A stretch of DNA of 61,550 bases, filler included. It is 5 parts of 5 records of this genome, joined end to end, with 100 filler letters (N's around TTAATTAATTAA, not from the genome) between each part and the next. Parts side by side here need not be neighbours in the genome. Positions count along the whole stretch, not along the records: positions 22,753 to 37,108 come from SRR31156797_71799; positions 37,209 to 42,376 come from SRR31156797_71817; 3 more parts are not named here. One strand, 5' to 3'. The notes under the pieces are model-generated. The model saw nothing but the letters and a program-made list of their open reading frames with translations. It had not been told where the DNA came from and searched no databases. Position 1 is the first letter of the stretch. The number at the start of each line of letters is the position of its first letter. The translations under genes and the position numbers were made by a program. Shown piece by piece: positions 28,787 through 38,731 of this stretch.

Positions 28787-28862
28787 TTGTGTTCATGCTC
28801 CTTATTTTCAGATATCATAATCATGATGCACGCAAAAATCAAATGTGAACAGAGCACCCCTT

Positions 28863-30059
28863 ATGACAAACGCATTTACAATCCCGGCATTTGAAATAGA
28901 AAAGCGCATCCGTGACCTTCAAAGAGGTTTGAGGGAGTCGGAAATTGACGGCCTCCTTGTTGTTCAGCGGGTGGACCTGCTCTATTTCGCCGGAACCGCG
29001 CAAAACGGATTCCTCTATATCCCCGCCCAGGGAAACCCACTCCTGCTTATCAAACGGTATGCACCCAGAGCCGGGGAAGAATCCCCCATTGCCCATATGA
29101 TCGAAATCAAATCCCCAAAGGAGGTGCCCGGGCGGATTGTGGACGTGTACGGCCGCCTTCCCGACAAATTGGCTTTTGAGCTGGATGTGCTTCCGGTCAC
29201 CCATTTTCATTTTTACCGGAATCTCTTTCCCGCCGCCACCCATGTGGACGGCTCTTCACTGATTCACCAGGCCAGATGCGTAAAATCCCCATGGGAAATC
29301 GAGCAAATGGAAAAGACCGCTAAGCTTTCCGCCAGAACCTTTGAATATATGGCAACACATCTTACGGAAGGGTATACGGAGATGGAATTTGCCGGCATGT
29401 TTGAGGCCTTTGCCCGAAAAATCGGCCATGGGGGAAAGTTGAGGGTCAGGGATTATCAATCGGAGGTCTACCCCTGGCATGTTTTGAGCGGCCCCAATAG
29501 CGGAAAAATGGGGCTTCTGGATTCCCCCTTCAGCGGAGAGGGAACGTCGGTTGCGTTTCCCACGGGTGCGGGCTTTCGAAAAATGTCGGCACATGAACCG
29601 ATCCTCGTTGATCTCGGTTTCGTTTACAACGGTTACCACATGGATGAAACCCGGATGTTCGCCATTTCATCCATGCCCCAAAAGGCCATGGACGCATCCC
29701 TGGCGGCAATGGAAATTCATGACGAGATCCTCGAAACCGCCAGACCCGGAATCCCCATGAACGCCCTTTTTGAAACTTCCGTTGCCAAGGCCAAGGCCCT
29801 GGGTTATGCCGAGACCTATCTGGGTCCTCCCGGTTATAAGGTCTCTTTCGTGGGGCATGGTATCGGCCTCGATCTGGTGGAGCAACCCATCATCAGTACC
29901 AAGAATGAAACCCTCCTTCAACCGGGCATGACATTTGCCATTGAACCCAAAATCAATTTTATAAACGAGTTCGGCGTGGGGATTGAGAGCGTTTTTACCA
30001 TCACCGAAACAGGGTACCGGATGATCAGCCGGGTACCGAGGAAAGTTTTCATTACCTAA
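28863..30059 (+). CDS. Xaa-Pro aminopeptidase (M24 family)
   Basis: VDLG, MDETR, GHGIGL, IEPK, GIES metal ligands. Confidence 0.88.
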   Translation: MTNAFTIPAFEIEKRIRDLQRGLRESEIDGLLVVQRVDLLYFAGTAQNGFLYIPAQGNPLLLIKRYAPRAGEESPIAHMIEIKSPKEVPGRIVDVYGRLPDKLAFELDVLPVTHFHFYRNLFPAATHVDGSSLIHQARCVKSPWEIEQMEKTAKLSARTFEYMATHLTEGYTEMEFAGMFEAFARKIGHGGKLRVRDYQSEVYPWHVLSGPNSGKMGLLDSPFSGEGTSVAFPTGAGFRKMSAHEPILVDLGFVYNGYHMDETRMFAISSMPQKAMDASLAAMEIHDEILETARPGIPMNALFETSVAKAKALGYAETYLGPPGYKVSFVGHGIGLDLVEQPIISTKNETLLQPGMTFAIEPKINFINEFGVGIESVFTITETGYRMISRVPRKVFIT

Positions 30060-30070
30060 AAGGCTTACCC

Positions 30071-31573
30071 ATGGTTGAAAATAATCGTGACGCCTCCCCG
30101 GAAAAGGTAAAGCTCCTGCAAAAACAGCTTCAACAACACCGCATGCTCCTGGAGCTGGGCCGGGTGATTGTCTCGGAAATGGACATGCAGCGCCTCTTTA
30201 CGGTCATCATGAACCGGACCCGCCGGTTCATGGATACGGAAAAATGCTCGGTCTTCATATTTGACAAGGAAAAAGATGAGTTGTGGTCCAGGGTTTCCAC
30301 GGATCTTGCGGCCAATGAGATACGCTTTCCGGCCCATAGGGGAATTGCAGGATGGGTCTTTCAGAACCGGCAACCCCTGATCATCAACGACGCCTACAAT
30401 GATCCCCGGTTTTATCCCGGGGTGGATCAAAAAACCCATTTTAGAACCCGTAACATCCTGTGTCTCCCCCTGATCAATCGAATGGAAACGTGTGTCGGCA
30501 CCCTTCAGGTCATCAACAAAACATCCGGCGACTTTACACCCGATGATGAAGAACTGCTCCTGTCGGTCAGCCATTACATCACCATCGCCCTTGAAAACGC
30601 CAGGCTGTATGAGGACCTGAAAGTCCTGGACAAGGCCAAGGAACGGGTCATCAACCATCTCTCCCATGAACTGAAAACACCCCTTGCCGTTCTTTCGGCC
30701 ACGGTGAAACGGCTCTACCAGCTGCTGGATTCCCATGGGCACCCCAATGCCCACAAAACCTTTCTGAGGGGCCGGCGCCAGATCCGGCGGCTGAGGGATC
30801 TGGAGATTAAAATCGGTGATATTCTGAACCAGCGGCCCGTTGTGGAGCAGCTTCGAATACTGAACATCATCGAAAACGCAGCCGACCTGGTGGATGCCTT
30901 TAATGACCAGAGCGACCCGTTTAAAAAGGAGATCCTGGACCTCATCGCCCACCGCCTTGACACCCTTTTTGCCATTTCCGACACATGTCCGGAACCGATC
31001 CATGTGGCCCCATCTCTAAAAGATATGCTTCGGGAGGCCCGGGAGCTCATGGCGCCCAGGAATCTTGACATCCTTTTCCGGGCGGATGATACCGTTCAAA
31101 TGACAATGGACCGTCAAGTACTTGAAAAGATTGTATCCGGGATTTTGAAAAACGCCATTGAAAACACCCCGGACGAGGGTATTATCGAAATGGTCGGGGA
31201 AACCCTGGAAAACGGCATCCGGATCACCATACGGGATTACGGGGTGGGGATTACCGAAACCAACCGGAAACTGATTTTCGGCGGATTCTTTCACACCCAG
31301 GAGACGGACATGTATTCCTCCAAGAGACCGTATGAATTCAATGCGGGGGGCGCCGGCGCGGATCTATTGAGAATCAAGGTCTTCTCCGAGCGCATGGATT
31401 TTTCAGTCCGTTTCGAAACCACCCGATGCCCCCACATCCCAAAGGATACCGACATGTGTCCCGGTCGGATATCGGACTGTGAATTTATTCAGAACCGGGA
31501 CGGGTGCCTCAAAACGGGGGGAAGTACCTTTTATGTGCTCTTTCCCCGCTCCCACCGCCGGCTCAGTTTGTAA
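30071..31573 (+). CDS. GAF-domain sensor histidine kinase
   Basis: GAF (GIAGWV..DPRF..NILCLPL), HLSHELKTPL H-box, NAIEN, DYGVG. Confidence 0.85.
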   Translation: MVENNRDASPEKVKLLQKQLQQHRMLLELGRVIVSEMDMQRLFTVIMNRTRRFMDTEKCSVFIFDKEKDELWSRVSTDLAANEIRFPAHRGIAGWVFQNRQPLIINDAYNDPRFYPGVDQKTHFRTRNILCLPLINRMETCVGTLQVINKTSGDFTPDDEELLLSVSHYITIALENARLYEDLKVLDKAKERVINHLSHELKTPLAVLSATVKRLYQLLDSHGHPNAHKTFLRGRRQIRRLRDLEIKIGDILNQRPVVEQLRILNIIENAADLVDAFNDQSDPFKKEILDLIAHRLDTLFAISDTCPEPIHVAPSLKDMLREARELMAPRNLDILFRADDTVQMTMDRQVLEKIVSGILKNAIENTPDEGIIEMVGETLENGIRITIRDYGVGITETNRKLIFGGFFHTQETDMYSSKRPYEFNAGGAGADLLRIKVFSERMDFSVRFETTRCPHIPKDTDMCPGRISDCEFIQNRDGCLKTGGSTFYVLFPRSHRRLSL

Positions 31574-33651
31574 TAGAGCCCTTCCATGGCCATGAGTTCC
31601 TCGTGGGTTCCCTGCTCCCGGATCCGTCCGTGGTGCATCACCAGAATCCGGTCCGCGTCCCTGACGGTGGAGAGGCGGTGTGCCACCACCAGGGTGGTCC
31701 TTTTACGGGCCATTTTTGAGATGGCCGTCTGGATGAGGCGCTCGGTTTCCGGGTCCACGCTGCTGGTGGCCTCATCCAGGATCAACAGGCGGGGATCACT
31801 GGCAAGGGCGCGGGCAAAAGAGAGGAGTTGGCGTTGACCGCCCGAAAGGGTGGCGCCCTGCTCCCCCAGTTCCTGTAAAAACCCGTTTTCCAGACGCTCA
31901 ATGAACCCCAGTGCATTGGCGGTTTCCGCCGCACCATGCACCGCTTCCGGTTTCAGGTTTTTCCGGCCCAGGGAGATGTTTTCCGAAACGTTCCCGGCAA
32001 AGATGAAGACATCCTGCATGCAGAGACTCACGGCGTTCCGCAGGCCTTCATTGGACCACTCCCTGAGATCAATCCCATCCAGGGTAATACTCCCCTCATC
32101 CGGGTCGTAAAACCGCTCCACCAGGCTCACCACCGTGGTCTTCCCGGAGCCGGTGGCCCCCACCACGGCAATGGTTTCCCCCGGTTTCACCTCGAAAGAA
32201 ACGTCATGGAGGACCCTTTTCTCCCGGTCGTATCCGAAAGAGACGTGATCGAACACCAGATGCCCCCGGACCCGGGAAGGATTCCGGGGGGACGGGGATC
32301 GGGATAACACCTCCTTTTTGTCCATGAATTCAAATATCCGTTCCATGGAGGCCATGGCCATCTGCATAATGTTGTATTTCTCGGAAATATCCCGGATGGG
32401 TTTAAAGAACATCTGGATGTAACCGATAAAGGCCACCAGAACCCCCAGGGTCATCTCTTCCTGCAACACCTGCCCACCGCCGTGCCAGATCAAAAAAGCG
32501 ATGGCCAGCGCCGACAACAGCTCCATCAACGGCATGAACAGCGCAAAAATGCGGATCTGCTTCATGCCCGCCTGATAATTTTCCCGGCTGAGGCCTGTAA
32601 ACATTGCCATTTGCGATTTTTCCCGGACAAACAACTGGATGACGCGCATGCCGCTGATGCGCTCCTGCAAAAAGGCGTTTATTCTGGAAACCGTGCTTCG
32701 AAGTTCCCGAAACGCTTCACGGGCCATGAAACTGAAAAAAAAAGTCAATCCGAAAATAATGGGGAGCAGGATAAAACAGAGAAGCGCCAGGCGCCAGTTG
32801 AGATAAAGCAGGACCGCCAGAATCCCCACGATCATGAACAGATCCTTGAAAACGGTGATCAGGACGGATTTGAACATTTCGTTGAGGTTGCCGATATCAT
32901 TGGTGACCCGGGTGACCAAGGTGCCCACCGGGTGCCGATCGAAAAACCGCAGGGTCTGGACCTGCATCCGGTCAAAGAGCTTCATGCGAATATCCTGCAT
33001 GATCCGCTGACCCGTTAATTCCATGATATAATATTCCACATAACTGAACCCCAGGGACAACAGGAGCAGAACAAAGAAAACCCCCGCCACCAGGGTCACG
33101 CCGTTGATATCGCCGGCCCTGATCTCAAGGAGTTCTTTTCCGGGCAAGCGCTCCAACTCTTCGTAGGGAACCATTGAAGCGCCGTCGGCCATTTTACGAA
33201 TACCCCTTTGACCTCCCCGGAACCATTTGGTGATTTCCCGGTCCGGTCCCATGCGGTAAAAGCGTTCGGATGCGAGCAGCCCTCCATCTTTGAGAAGGTG
33301 TATATGGGCCGGGTCGATCTTCTTCAGGTTCGAATTGGAGATGTAATAGACCGAAGGGACGGCGCTTTTATCCATCAGTGACCCATAGCGTTGTCTCAAA
33401 TCCCCGTAAGCCTTATGGGACAGCTTTTTTCCGTTTATTTCATACCAGGAGACCAGGATATACCGATCAATGGCAATCTTGGTCAGATACGGCACGCATA
33501 GATCGAACAGGGCCACCAGAATGGAGAGCATCAGCCCTGCCACAACCTTTTTTGTGTAAGGGCGCGCAAAATGGGCCAGTCTTTTCATCAACTTGAAATT
33601 GTAGGGCTTACCCAGCTTCCCTTCCTCGGCGTACCCGTAATCCCCCATCAT
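31531..33651 (-). CDS. ABC exporter, fused permease/ATPase (MdlB-like)
   Basis: GATGSGKT, LSGGQRQ, LILDEAT; about 110-aa insertion in the first extracytoplasmic loop. Confidence 0.9.
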   Translation of the reverse strand: MMGDYGYAEEGKLGKPYNFKLMKRLAHFARPYTKKVVAGLMLSILVALFDLCVPYLTKIAIDRYILVSWYEINGKKLSHKAYGDLRQRYGSLMDKSAVPSVYYISNSNLKKIDPAHIHLLKDGGLLASERFYRMGPDREITKWFRGGQRGIRKMADGASMVPYEELERLPGKELLEIRAGDINGVTLVAGVFFVLLLLSLGFSYVEYYIMELTGQRIMQDIRMKLFDRMQVQTLRFFDRHPVGTLVTRVTNDIGNLNEMFKSVLITVFKDLFMIVGILAVLLYLNWRLALLCFILLPIIFGLTFFFSFMAREAFRELRSTVSRINAFLQERISGMRVIQLFVREKSQMAMFTGLSRENYQAGMKQIRIFALFMPLMELLSALAIAFLIWHGGGQVLQEEMTLGVLVAFIGYIQMFFKPIRDISEKYNIMQMAMASMERIFEFMDKKEVLSRSPSPRNPSRVRGHLVFDHVSFGYDREKRVLHDVSFEVKPGETIAVVGATGSGKTTVVSLVERFYDPDEGSITLDGIDLREWSNEGLRNAVSLCMQDVFIFAGNVSENISLGRKNLKPEAVHGAAETANALGFIERLENGFLQELGEQGATLSGGQRQLLSFARALASDPRLLILDEATSSVDPETERLIQTAISKMARKRTTLVVAHRLSTVRDADRILVMHHGRIREQGTHEELMAMEGLYYKLSRRWERGKST

Positions 33652-35492
33652 GACGAGTTCACGCCTCCGTTTTCAAGGGCTTCCCCCAGAAGCTGTTCTT
33701 CATACAGGGCCGCATAGATCCCCCCCAAAGAAATCAAGCTTTCGTGGGTCCCTTCCTCTTTCAAGGAGCCATGGTCAAGCACAAATATGCGATCCGCCCG
33801 GCGGATGGTGGAAACCCTGTGGGAAACAATCACATTGGTCCCTTTCCGCCGAAGGTCCAGGATCCGGTTCAGGATCCCCTCTTCGGTCCGGGTATCCACC
33901 ATTGAAAGGGCGTCATCCAGTATCAGGATGGGGAAATTCCCCACCACGGCCCGCGCAATGGTGAGCCGTTGCCGCTGGCCGCCCGAAAGGGTAATGCCCC
34001 TTTCGCCCAAAAGGGTGTCCAGGCCCTTGTCCAGGGCTTCCATTTCCTCGCGTATACCGGCAACCGCCAGAGCATCTCTCACATCTTCCTCGGTAACATC
34101 ATCCCTTCCGAATGCCACATTGTTGTATATGGTATCGGAAAAAATAAAGACGTCCTGGCTTACGAACCCGATCTTTTCCCTGAGCGTTAAAAGCGGCAGT
34201 TTTCGAATATCCCGGCCATCCACGAAAACCGTATGTTCGGGCGCATTCAGCAACCGGGGTATGATCTGCAACAGGGTGGTTTTACCGGAACCCACGCGCC
34301 CCACAATGGCAACGGTCTCTTCCGGGCGGATTTCCAGGTTGACATCCTTCAGCACATATCCCCTTTGGCCTGGATACTGAAAACAGAGCCCGCGAAAGTG
34401 AATGGACCCGTCGGTCTCTCCCGAAAGTATTTTCCCCGAATTGCCTTCGGAAACCCCTCCGTTTTCCGCCTTGGGATCCCGGATCTCCGGAACCGCATCA
34501 AAAACACCGTTAATACGCCGCATGGAGGCAGATCCCCGCTGGATCAGGCTGACCACCCACCCCATGGCCATAACGGGCCAGGTGAGCAGGTTCAAATAGC
34601 TGATAAAGGCGACGAAATCACCCGGCGTAATGGTTCCCAAAATCGTATATCGTCCACCCAGAAGAATCACAACGGCAAGTCCCGCATTGGTGATCAGGGT
34701 CATGAGGGGGAAGAACAACGCCAGGGTCCCGGCCAGATGCATGCTCTCCCCCACATATCCCTCTCCCTTGGCCTTCATTCTGTCGTATTCCCATCCTTCC
34801 CGCCGATGGGCCTTGATCACCCGGATGCCGGCAAAACTTTCGCGGGCCTGTTCCGTGAGGTCGGAGAAGCTCTTCTGAACCCGTTCAAACCGTGCCGACA
34901 TCTGGTTGGCCAACATCCGGGTGAGGACCACCACAACCGGTGCGGGAATCAGTGAAATAAGGGTCAACCGCCAATCAATGCTCATCATAAAGCCGATGGC
35001 CGCGGTACCGAGGACCAAACCGTCCACCAGGGCCACCAGGCCCATTCCGCAGGCCATGCGAACCGCATTGACATCATTGATGGCCCGGGCCATGAGATCG
35101 CCGGTCTTCGTATTCTGGAAAAATGAGAGGGAAAGGGTTTGCATATGCCCGTACAGCCGGTTGCGCAAGCCTTGTTCCACCTTCCTGGAATGGCCCAGCA
35201 GAAAATGGCGCCACACATAGCGGAACAGGGCGATAAACAGGGCGATGATACCGATGGTAACCCCCTGCTTCACCAGTAAAAGGGCGGTTCCCGAAACCTG
35301 GACCACCAGGGAATTGATGGCCTCCTTGATAATCAGGGGGATCATAAGTTGGAGGAAATCCACCGTGAGCAGGCTCAGAACCCCTGCCAGCAGGGCCCAC
35401 CGGTTTTTCACAAAATATATCCAGAGGGGCTGAAAATTGCTGAGGGTGGTTTTAAAGGAGGCCGTCAGGTTTTTAAGGGAACCGGATTTCAT
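33648..35492 (-). CDS. ABC exporter, fused permease/ATPase (MdlA-like, degenerate Walker B)
   Basis: GRVGSGKT, LSGGQRQR, LILDDALS; heterodimer partner of the downstream gene. Confidence 0.9.
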   Translation of the reverse strand: MKSGSLKNLTASFKTTLSNFQPLWIYFVKNRWALLAGVLSLLTVDFLQLMIPLIIKEAINSLVVQVSGTALLLVKQGVTIGIIALFIALFRYVWRHFLLGHSRKVEQGLRNRLYGHMQTLSLSFFQNTKTGDLMARAINDVNAVRMACGMGLVALVDGLVLGTAAIGFMMSIDWRLTLISLIPAPVVVVLTRMLANQMSARFERVQKSFSDLTEQARESFAGIRVIKAHRREGWEYDRMKAKGEGYVGESMHLAGTLALFFPLMTLITNAGLAVVILLGGRYTILGTITPGDFVAFISYLNLLTWPVMAMGWVVSLIQRGSASMRRINGVFDAVPEIRDPKAENGGVSEGNSGKILSGETDGSIHFRGLCFQYPGQRGYVLKDVNLEIRPEETVAIVGRVGSGKTTLLQIIPRLLNAPEHTVFVDGRDIRKLPLLTLREKIGFVSQDVFIFSDTIYNNVAFGRDDVTEEDVRDALAVAGIREEMEALDKGLDTLLGERGITLSGGQRQRLTIARAVVGNFPILILDDALSMVDTRTEEGILNRILDLRRKGTNVIVSHRVSTIRRADRIFVLDHGSLKEEGTHESLISLGGIYAALYEEQLLGEALENGGVNSS

Positions 35493-35713
35493 GTGGTAGG
35501 CGTGGTTTTTCACCCCAAAGAAAGTCTGTCCCGGCGCCACCCGCAACAGAACGGGAATATCATTTAGACCGACTGGGGACAGGGTACCGATAATCGATCC
35601 GGGCCGGGAAAGGTGGCATCATGCATTTTTCCATTGTTAATGGCGCATCCTGATATTATATTGGAACATTGTCAAGGCTAAACTTGAGATTAAGACAAGG
35701 GGATCAAAGGCCC

Positions 35714-35896
35714 ATGAGCATCAGATTGATCGCAAAAGACCTTTATCAGCTCATTCGACAGGTGGAAGAACTGGAGAAACGGATCGACCGTACGCCCCAT
35801 GAAAACCAGGGAGACATGAAAGATCAATTGCGGAAACTGCTTGCTGAAAGGGATCGGATGCGTAAGGTCCTCGAAGGGTGCAAAGACCCGAAATAA
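35714..35896 (+). CDS. Small coiled-coil hypothetical protein
   Basis: MSIRLIAKDLYQL...; amphipathic heptads. Confidence 0.6.
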   Translation: MSIRLIAKDLYQLIRQVEELEKRIDRTPHENQGDMKDQLRKLLAERDRMRKVLEGCKDPK

Positions 35897-35905
35897 AGGT
35901 ATGAA

Positions 35906-36508
35906 ATGATGAAACCAATCATTAAAAAACACATCCTTTTGCCGGTGGCTTTGTTTTTGGGTCTTTATTCGGCATCCTTTATTTCAACCACGCGGGCCGA
36001 TGACGGATTGAACATCATCTCCGCCAGATACGGCATCCCGGGAAGCTATCGGGACGTCACCCAGACGGTCAGAGATTTCATATCGGGTCATGCCATCAGC
36101 ATGAAGGTATCCAACCGAAACCTCGAAACAGATCCGGCCCCCGGCAAAGAAAAGGAGATGGCGGTTGTTTATGAGAAAAACGGCAAGAGAAAGGAATTAC
36201 GCATCCGGGAGGGGGACTGGTTCGTGGTTCCCGGCCCTGAAAAGGGATATAGGCCCCCGCACCATGGCGCCGGCCGACTTGAAATCATAAGAGCCCTTTA
36301 CGGTTCCGGGGGAAGATACCGGATTGTGACGGGCGATGTTCAGAATCATGTGCGCCACGACAATATCAACATGTTGGTTTCCAGTGAGAACCTGGGCGGT
36401 GACCCCACACCCAACCGGAAAAAAGAATTCCTGGTGATTTACCGAAAACAGGGCCGTGAATACGGCGCTCATCTTCAGGAGGGGAGTTGGTTTATCATCA
36501 CCGATTAA
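35906..36508 (+). CDS. Secreted protein with two tandem repeats (DUF3395 / SUEL-lectin-like)
   Basis: Signal peptide; repeated IISARYG..DV..V...NL..DP.P..KE..V.Y...EG.WF. Confidence 0.6.
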   Translation: MMKPIIKKHILLPVALFLGLYSASFISTTRADDGLNIISARYGIPGSYRDVTQTVRDFISGHAISMKVSNRNLETDPAPGKEKEMAVVYEKNGKRKELRIREGDWFVVPGPEKGYRPPHHGAGRLEIIRALYGSGGRYRIVTGDVQNHVRHDNINMLVSSENLGGDPTPNRKKEFLVIYRKQGREYGAHLQEGSWFIITD

Positions 36509-36514
36509 ACAGAA

Positions 36515-37108
36515 CTAGATGGGAATGTGGGGCAAATAGGCCATGGCCCAGGCCCCCGGACCGCAGTGGGTGCCGGTGGTCAGGCTGAGCGGCTGAAGAA
36601 AGACCTCGGCCCGTGGAAACTCCCTTTCAATGGCCGTTTTGAACTCATTTTCCACCAAGAGACGGTTATCCGTATACTGCAGCATGATCAGGGGGCATTG
36701 AGTCCCTTGCAATGCTTTTTTCAGCTTCTCAAGGGCAAAACCGATCTGCTGCCCTTTGTTCCGCACCACCCCCACCTTTTTCACCCCGTCCGCTGCCGGG
36801 CTGACCACCGGTTTCACATGCAGCATATCGCCGAAAAAAGCACCGGTTTTTGAAATCCGGCCGCCCCTGGCAAGGTAGTGAAGCTTCTCAATAAAGATCA
36901 ATTCCTCAACGAGGGTTTGGGCCTTTTCGGCATATTGAACCACCGAACCGGCATCTTCCGCCTTTAAGGAAAAACGGGCCGTGGCTATGGCCAGGAGCCC
37001 CAGTTTGCCGCTGGCGGCCGCCGTATCCACCACCATCAACTTGTCCGCCGGATCGTTTTGGGCTTTCCAGTCCATGACGGTTTCATAATTTCCCGTGTAT
37101 CCGGACCC
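36515..37108 (-). CDS. DegV family fatty-acid-binding protein (5' truncated)
   Basis: VVDT..ASG, LHYLARGGRIS, KPVV, THCGPG. Confidence 0.85.
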   Translation of the reverse strand, partial: GSGYTGNYETVMDWKAQNDPADKLMVVDTAAASGKLGLLAIATARFSLKAEDAGSVVQYAEKAQTLVEELIFIEKLHYLARGGRISKTGAFFGDMLHVKPVVSPAADGVKKVGVVRNKGQQIGFALEKLKKALQGTQCPLIMLQYTDNRLLVENEFKTAIEREFPRAEVFLQPLSLTTGTHCGPGAWAMAYLPHIPI

Positions 37109-37208
37109 NNNNNNNNNNNNNNNNNNNNNNNNNNNNNNNNNNNNNNNNNNNNTTAATTAATTAANNNNNNNNNNNNNNNNNNNNNNNNNNNNNNNNNNNN
37201 NNNNNNNN
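37109..37208. other. Artificial contig linker
   Basis: N-run with TTAATTAATTAA. Confidence 0.99.
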
Positions 37209-38327
37209 GGCGTAAAAAGCCGCCTTCAAGACCGCCCGGGCCAAGGGGTGAGTACAGTTTTCTTCCGCCCCGGCCGCATATGACAGCAGATCCTTTTGAT
37301 CCACGCCGTCAATGCAGACAATCTTATCCACACGGGGTTCTCCCATGGTCAAAGTGCCTGTTTTGTCGAAAAGAAATGCGGAAGCCAGGCCGGCCCGCTC
37401 AAGTATGTGACCGCCCTTGACCAGGATGCCGGCTTTGGCCGCCCGTCCCAAAGCCGCTACAGTCGCCGTAGGGGCGGCCAGAATCAAGGCGCATGGACAC
37501 CCAACAATCAGCACAGCCACGGCCCTGTCCACGTCGCCCGTTAAAACCCAGGCAATCGCGGCGCAAGCCAGTATGGCCGGGGTAAAGTATATGGCGAACC
37601 TGTCGACGAGTCGTATTACTTCCGGTTTATGGTGTTCTGCCTCAGATATAAGCTTTATCACTTTTCCGAGGGCGGCGTCTTCGCCCACTCTTACGACCCT
37701 GGCTTCTATCACCCCGTTATAATTAAGAGTTCCAGCCATTAGTGAATCGCCAGGTCCCTTTTCTCCAGGCAACGGCTCTCCGGTCATGGCGGATTCGTCG
37801 ATGGCGGATACACCCTTTGTTATGACAGCGTCCACGGGTATGCGTTCTCCGGGTTTGATAAGAATTGTGTCATCCACCTTGACTTTCTCAACAGGAACTG
37901 CCCTCGGGCCCTGATCATCCACAACCGTAGCAGTCTGGGGCGTAATTTCAATCAATGATTTTATTGCCTTACGCGCTGATTCGCTGGTTATTTCTTCTAT
38001 CAGGCCGCCTAAAGTCATTACAAAGCCGACTACGGCCGCGGTAAGAAATTCTCCCCGGAAAAGTGAAGCCGCAATCGCGATGCTGACCAGTTCATCAACA
38101 TTTACCCGCCGATTATAAAGACCTTTAATGGCGCCCCATATGATGGGCAGGCCGTTTATGGCCACGGAAAAGATGGCCAGGGCCGCGCCTGTTTTGCTTA
38201 TTGCATCATCATTGTAATCCACTATCCAGGAAGCCAGGGCCAGCAGCCCGGCAAAGATGATAATGTAAAAATCCCTGCTTCTTACAAGCTCTCTGTATAC
38301 TCCCAACTGGTTATAACGTCCGATCAT
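37209..38327 (-). CDS. Heavy-metal P1B-type ATPase (3' truncated)
   Basis: TGE, GCPCAL, DKTGTLT, THPLA. Confidence 0.92.
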
Positions 38328-38348
38328 TTCAGTACATATTTCCTTTCA

Positions 38349-38624
38349 TCACTTGTTGAACCGATTAAATATATCGATCACCTGGTTTATCATGTCGTCT
38401 TCATGATCCTTATTAACAATGGCCTCGGCCACACAGCCTTTAAGGTGATCTTCGAGGATCACCGCGCCCAGGGAACGCACGGCCCCGTTGACCGCAGCTA
38501 TCTGTTTCAGGACATCCATACAATCCCGGTCTTCTTCGACCATTTTTCTTATTCCGCGAATCTGCCCTTCAATCCTGTTGATTCGGGCCAGCACTTTTTG
38601 ATGATCATCGCCGCATAAAGCCAT
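38349..38624 (-). CDS. CsoR/RcnR family metal-sensing repressor
   Basis: RINRIEGQIRGI..DC..VLKQIAA..HLKGC; RBS GGAGG before ATG 38624. Confidence 0.9.
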   Translation of the reverse strand: MALCGDDHQKVLARINRIEGQIRGIRKMVEEDRDCMDVLKQIAAVNGAVRSLGAVILEDHLKGCVAEAIVNKDHEDDMINQVIDIFNRFNK

Positions 38625-38634
38625 GTCGACCTCC

Positions 38635-38661
38635 ATATACATATACTATGTATATGTATAT
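38635..38661. promoter_or_regulatory. Perfect 12-bp inverted repeat, candidate CsoR-family operator
   Basis: ATATACATATAC-TAT-GTATATGTATAT directly upstream of the repressor RBS. Confidence 0.6.
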
Positions 38662-38731
38662 CATTGGATGCAAAATAAGGCAACCACAAATATCACAGGG
38701 ATATTCTCTATAAATTCTACTGGTTATATAA

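Noticed and set aside
30065-31003. 312-aa minus-strand ORF
   Set aside because: Antisense to the GAF histidine kinase
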